A program made the translations under genes and the position numbers. Shown here piece after piece: positions 26,282-29,995 of a stretch of DNA of 29,995 nucleotides. The notes under the pieces are model-generated. The model searched no databases. It was not told the DNA's origin and was given only the letters and a program-made list of their open reading frames with translations. Every line of letters begins with the position of its first letter. The first letter of the stretch is position 1. Origin of the DNA: Ignavibacteriales bacterium CG12_big_fil_rev_8_21_14_0_65_30_8. Lineage in GTDB: Bacteria; Bacteroidota; Ignavibacteria; Ignavibacteriales; Ignavibacteriaceae. The stretch spans positions 1 through 29,995 of the forward strand of contig PFGS01000096.1 of NCBI GenBank assembly GCA_002783525.1, written 5' to 3'.

Positions 26282-27592
26282 ATGGATCTTTATAAAAAAA
26301 TATTTAATGCAGGAGTAGTTGGTGCCGGAGGTGGCGGATTTCCAACTCATATAAAAGCAAAATCAAATGTTGAATATGTAATAGCAAATGGTGCAGAATG
26401 TGAGCCATTGCTTCATAAGGATTACGAGATCATGGTCAATCATCCCTCTGAAATTGTAGAAGGTATGCAAATGATGATGGAGCAGACTAAATCAAACAAA
26501 GGATTTTTTGGAATAAAAGGCAAAAATCAAAATGCAATTTCATCAATAGATGAATTTTTAGATGAAAAAATTAAGATGAGTGTTCTTGGTGATTATTATC
26601 CAATTGGTGATGAATATGAACTTGTTTATGAAACAACAAAAAGACTAATACCTCCTCATGGAATTCCTTTAGATGTTGGATGTTTGGTTAATAATGTTGA
26701 GACATTTTATAATATTAAAAAAGCAACTGAAGATATTCCTGTAACAGAAAAATTTTTGTGTGTAACCGGAGCCGTGAAAAAACCTTTCTCTGCTTTTATT
26801 CCACTTGGAACCTCATTTAAAGAATTAATTAACTTTGCTGGTGGTTCAACTGAAAAAGAATATGCAGTGTTCGTTAGCGGTTTATTAATGGGCAAATTAA
26901 ATTTTGATATGAATGAAGTTGTAACAAAAACTACTGCAGGATTGATAGTATTGCATGTTGATCATTATATGGTTAACAGAATGGAAAGAAGCGTTAGTGA
27001 TATGAAAAGAATTGGTAAATCAGCTTGTGACCAGTGTAGTTATTGTACGGAATTTTGTCCACGCTATCTTCTTGGTTATGATGTTCAACCTCATAAAGTT
27101 ATGCGTTCTTTAGGTTTTACAAAAACAGGAGAAGCTGTTTGGAATCAATATGCTGATCTTTGTTGTTCTTGCGGATTATGTTCACTTTATTCTTGTCCGG
27201 AAGATCTTTATCCAAAGGAAGCATGTGATGAGGGTAAAGCGGAACTTAAAAACCGTGGAATTAAATATGAAATGACAAAGGACGTTAAAGTCCATCCAAT
27301 AAAAGACGGAAGAAGAGTACCCATAAAACAATTGATGCAAAAATTAAATGTCTTACAGTATAGTAAACCAACTCCTTTTCTGAAAAATTTTCCTACACCA
27401 TATAAAGTAAAAATTTATTTGAAACAACATGCAGGTTCACCTGCAGAAGCAGCAGTCTTAAAAGGTGAAAGTGTTTCTAAAGGAGATCTGATTGGGAAAA
27501 TTGATGAAGAAAAGTTGGGTGCAAATATTCATTCTTCTATAAATGGGAAAGTAGAAAAAGTAAATTCTGATTTTATAGAAATATCATCTTAA
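26282..27592 (+). CDS. pduS: PduS-like Fe-S flavoprotein (RnfC-like FMN domain, SLBB, two 4Fe-4S motifs, C-terminal barrel-sandwich)
   Basis: GVVGAGGGGFPT, NGAECEP, CDQCSYCTEFCP, CCSCGLCSLYSCP, LKQHAG.PA, GANIHSSI.G. ATG at 26282. Confidence 0.8.
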   Translation: MDLYKKIFNAGVVGAGGGGFPTHIKAKSNVEYVIANGAECEPLLHKDYEIMVNHPSEIVEGMQMMMEQTKSNKGFFGIKGKNQNAISSIDEFLDEKIKMSVLGDYYPIGDEYELVYETTKRLIPPHGIPLDVGCLVNNVETFYNIKKATEDIPVTEKFLCVTGAVKKPFSAFIPLGTSFKELINFAGGSTEKEYAVFVSGLLMGKLNFDMNEVVTKTTAGLIVLHVDHYMVNRMERSVSDMKRIGKSACDQCSYCTEFCPRYLLGYDVQPHKVMRSLGFTKTGEAVWNQYADLCCSCGLCSLYSCPEDLYPKEACDEGKAELKNRGIKYEMTKDVKVHPIKDGRRVPIKQLMQKLNVLQYSKPTPFLKNFPTPYKVKIYLKQHAGSPAEAAVLKGESVSKGDLIGKIDEEKLGANIHSSINGKVEKVNSDFIEISS

Positions 27593-27617
27593 AAGTTTAA
27601 AATTTAAAAGGTACAAA

Positions 27618-28163
27618 ATGAATTCAATAGGATTAATAGAAATGTCAAGCATAGCTGCCGGAATGCATTCGGCAGATATAATGTTAAAAACTTCTCAAGT
27701 AGAACTTATAATTTCTCGTTCAATTTGTTCAGGTAAATATATGGTTTTAATAGGAGGAGATGTTGCAGAAGTTGAATCAGCCGTAGAAGCTGCAAAACAA
27801 ATTTTGGATTATGCTATTATTGATACATTTGTAATTCCAAATGTTCATAAAGATATGTTCTTTGCACTTTCAGGACATACAAAAGCTGAGCACCTGGAAT
27901 CTCTAGGAATTATAGAAGCATTTTCTGTTGCATCATTAATTGAAGGAGCAGATGCTGCAGCAAAAGCAGCAAATGTAAAATTAATAGAAGTAAGATTAGC
28001 TATGGCCCTTGGAGGAAAAGCATTTTGTACTTTAACCGGAGATGTTGCTGCCGTTACAAGTGCTGTTGAAGCGGGTGCACAGGTGATTAGCAGCAAAGGT
28101 ATGCTTGTAAACAAAGTTGTGATTCCACAACCCAGACCGGAACTTATGAGTGAAATGATTTAA
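27618..28163 (+). CDS. pduT: Tandem-domain microcompartment shell protein (BMC-T, PduT-like)
   Basis: SIGLIE..SIAAG..SAD.MLK..V......ICSGKY.....GDV, with a second BMC domain; Cys37 matches the Fe-S-ligating Cys38 of PduT. Confidence 0.85.
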   Translation: MNSIGLIEMSSIAAGMHSADIMLKTSQVELIISRSICSGKYMVLIGGDVAEVESAVEAAKQILDYAIIDTFVIPNVHKDMFFALSGHTKAEHLESLGIIEAFSVASLIEGADAAAKAANVKLIEVRLAMALGGKAFCTLTGDVAAVTSAVEAGAQVISSKGMLVNKVVIPQPRPELMSEMI

Positions 28164-29267
28164 TTAGATATAATTCCTTTCAGCAATTTCATACCAATTA
28201 GAAATATTTTTCTGAAACTTTTTATAAGAAGCATAAACTTTTTTACTCATTGCATCATTAGATGTTATATTATCTACCACTTCTTTATTTAATTTTTTAA
28301 ATGTTGAAAGTACATCTTTGGGAAAAGGTAAATATTTAATTTTACCTTCATTCAATATTTTATAATAATATTCTGTGTTTTTAGATTCAAAATCTGCAAG
28401 CATTGATATATTTACTTTACCTGCAGCCACTCTAATAATTTCTTTTAGATCACTCGGTAATTCTTCAAAAGCATTTTTGTTTATTATGAGTTCTAAAGAC
28501 GAACCGGGTTCGTGCCAGCCTGGATAATAATAATATTTTGCAATTTTATTGAATCCCATTAAATAATCGTGATAGGGACCGATCCATTCCAAAGCATCTA
28601 TTACACCTCTTTCAAGGTCAGTATATAGTTCACCTGCAGGTGCTAAAACAGCAGAACCACCGGCTTTAGTTATAACTTTTCCACCAAGCCCGGGGATTCT
28701 CATTTTTAATCCTTTTATATCTTGAATAGAATTAATTTTTTTATTAAACCATCCTCCCATTTGTCCGCCTGTATTTCCACAGGGGAAAGGAATTAAATTA
28801 AAATCATTATAAAGTTCTTTCCACAAATCTAATCCGCCGCCAAATTCAAACCAGGCATTAACTTGTACCGCATTCATTCCAAATGGGACACTTCCAAAAA
28901 ATTGAGCTGCAGGTGCTTTACCTGCCCAATAATAAGCAGCACCGTGTCCCATCTCAGCTACACCGGAAGAAACTGCATCCAAAGTTTCTAATGGAGGCAC
29001 TAATTCATTTCCTCCGTATACATGAATTTTTAATCTGCCTTGAGACATAGCATCTATCCATTCAGCAAACTTATCTGCATATTCACCTAATATTGGAAAA
29101 TGAGGAGGCCAGGTAGTAACCATTTTCCATTCGTAATGTTTATTAGAAATTACTGCTGCAGAATTATTGTTTTGTTCAGTTGAACAACCTGTAAAAATAC
29201 CTGCACTAACTGCTGCTGTTGAAATTGCAGCAGTTTTGATAAAATTTTTCCTGTTGATTTTTTTCAT
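28164..29267 (-). CDS. dctP: TRAP substrate-binding protein (DctP, TakP/2-oxoacid-monocarboxylate type)
   Basis: WKMVTTWP, GHGAAYYW.GK, GNTGGQMGGWF, GLKMRIPGLGG, EWIGPYHD, YPGWHEPG; Tat-like N-terminus and lipobox-like FTGC. Confidence 0.92.
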   Translation of the reverse strand: MKKINRKNFIKTAAISTAAVSAGIFTGCSTEQNNNSAAVISNKHYEWKMVTTWPPHFPILGEYADKFAEWIDAMSQGRLKIHVYGGNELVPPLETLDAVSSGVAEMGHGAAYYWAGKAPAAQFFGSVPFGMNAVQVNAWFEFGGGLDLWKELYNDFNLIPFPCGNTGGQMGGWFNKKINSIQDIKGLKMRIPGLGGKVITKAGGSAVLAPAGELYTDLERGVIDALEWIGPYHDYLMGFNKIAKYYYYPGWHEPGSSLELIINKNAFEELPSDLKEIIRVAAGKVNISMLADFESKNTEYYYKILNEGKIKYLPFPKDVLSTFKKLNKEVVDNITSNDAMSKKVYASYKKFQKNISNWYEIAERNYI

Positions 29268-29350
29268 CTAGCAATCCTTAATTATTTTCAAATGTGCTGA
29301 GTAATTCAATTTCAGATAAAAATATAATAAAAATTTAGAATAACTTATTA

Positions 29351-29383
29351 TTCAAATAAAAAACAAGATAATTTTTATTTGAA
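29351..29383. repeat. Perfect 12-bp inverted repeat in the divergent dctP/uvrA intergenic region
   Basis: TTCAAATAAAAA (29351-29362), 9-nt spacer, TTTTTATTTGAA (29372-29383). Confidence 0.7.
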
Positions 29384-29441
29384 AATTATACCCATTTGCA
29401 AAAAAATTTGTAATTTGCTCACTTACCTTAATCGCAATATT

Positions 29442-29995
29442 ATGAAAAGAAAGAATAACTCAAACAATAAAAAGATAATTATTAAGGGTGCCAAAGAGCA
29501 CAATCTTAAGAATCTTTCTTTCGAAATACCAAGGAATAAATTAGTTGTTTTTACAGGTGTAAGCGGTAGTGGAAAATCCTCACTTGTATTCGATACAATT
29601 TATGCAGAAGGTCAGCGCAGATATGTAGAAAGCCTTTCTTCCTATGCCCGCCAATTTTTAGAAAGAATGAATAAACCTGATGTTGAATATATACAGGGTA
29701 TTAGTCCCGCAGTTGCAATAGAACAAAAAAAGGGAAGTAAAAATTCTCGTTCAACTGTTGGAACAAGCACTGATGTTTATGATTATCTTCGTTTGCTTTT
29801 TGCTCGTGTTGGTAAAACTATTTGTTTTGAATGCGGAAAAGAAGTAAAAAAAGATACAACTACAACTGTAATTGATTGGTTAACGGAAAGAGATGAAGAC
29901 GAAAAGTATTATTTAACTTTTCCTGTTAAAGATCACGAAGGCAGAACTGTAAAAGAAGAATTGGAATCACTTAAAAAAAGAGGTTTCTTTAGAAT
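29442..29995 (+). CDS. uvrA: Excinuclease ABC subunit A, 5' part (truncated by the window end)
   Basis: ATG 29442; [66 protein letters not shown]. Not in the supplied ORF track. Confidence 0.95.
   Translation, partial: MKRKNNSNNKKIIIKGAKEHNLKNLSFEIPRNKLVVFTGVSGSGKSSLVFDTIYAEGQRRYVESLSSYARQFLERMNKPDVEYIQGISPAVAIEQKKGSKNSRSTVGTSTDVYDYLRLLFARVGKTICFECGKEVKKDTTTTVIDWLTERDEDEKYYLTFPVKDHEGRTVKEELESLKKRGFFR

Noticed and set aside
2401-28114. Short ORFs overlapping real genes (2401, 3749, 5875, 7321, 8140, 8398, 9474, 11290, 15706, 16884, 21486, 23697, 24551, 25361, 25604, 26707, 27845)
   Set aside because: Each lies within or largely overlaps a well-supported CDS, in another frame or on the opposite strand, and has no family motif.
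1-29995. CRISPR array, tRNA/rRNA, transposase, integrase or prophage
   Set aside because: No spaced direct repeats, structured RNA gene signatures or mobile-element ORFs were seen; intergenic space is small.

Overview
Very AT-rich bacterial window of core-genome character. T9SS C-terminal sorting domains, a TAnnTTTG-type promoter and the miaB / sigma54-type ATPase / lptE / TPR gene order suggest an FCB-group organism, probably Ignavibacteria (inference). Layout: two T9SS-secreted proteins; a ~17 kb co-directional run of tRNA/protein-modification and envelope genes (miaB to an Omp85 paralogue); a yceI-nitroreductase-MarR cassette; a minus-strand ferredoxin + geranylgeranyl reductase pair divergent from a DGGGP-synthase-like UbiA prenyltransferase; rnhB-yraN; a split TRAP transporter enclosing an isolated PduS/PduT-like microcompartment pair; and the 5' end of uvrA. 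No rRNA, tRNA, CRISPR array or mobile element was recognised. The two best leads are the clustered archaeal-type ether-lipid enzymes (21052-23434) and the orphan Fe-S microcompartment module inside a TRAP locus (24436-29267). All family assignments come from motif recognition by eye; no database search was run.
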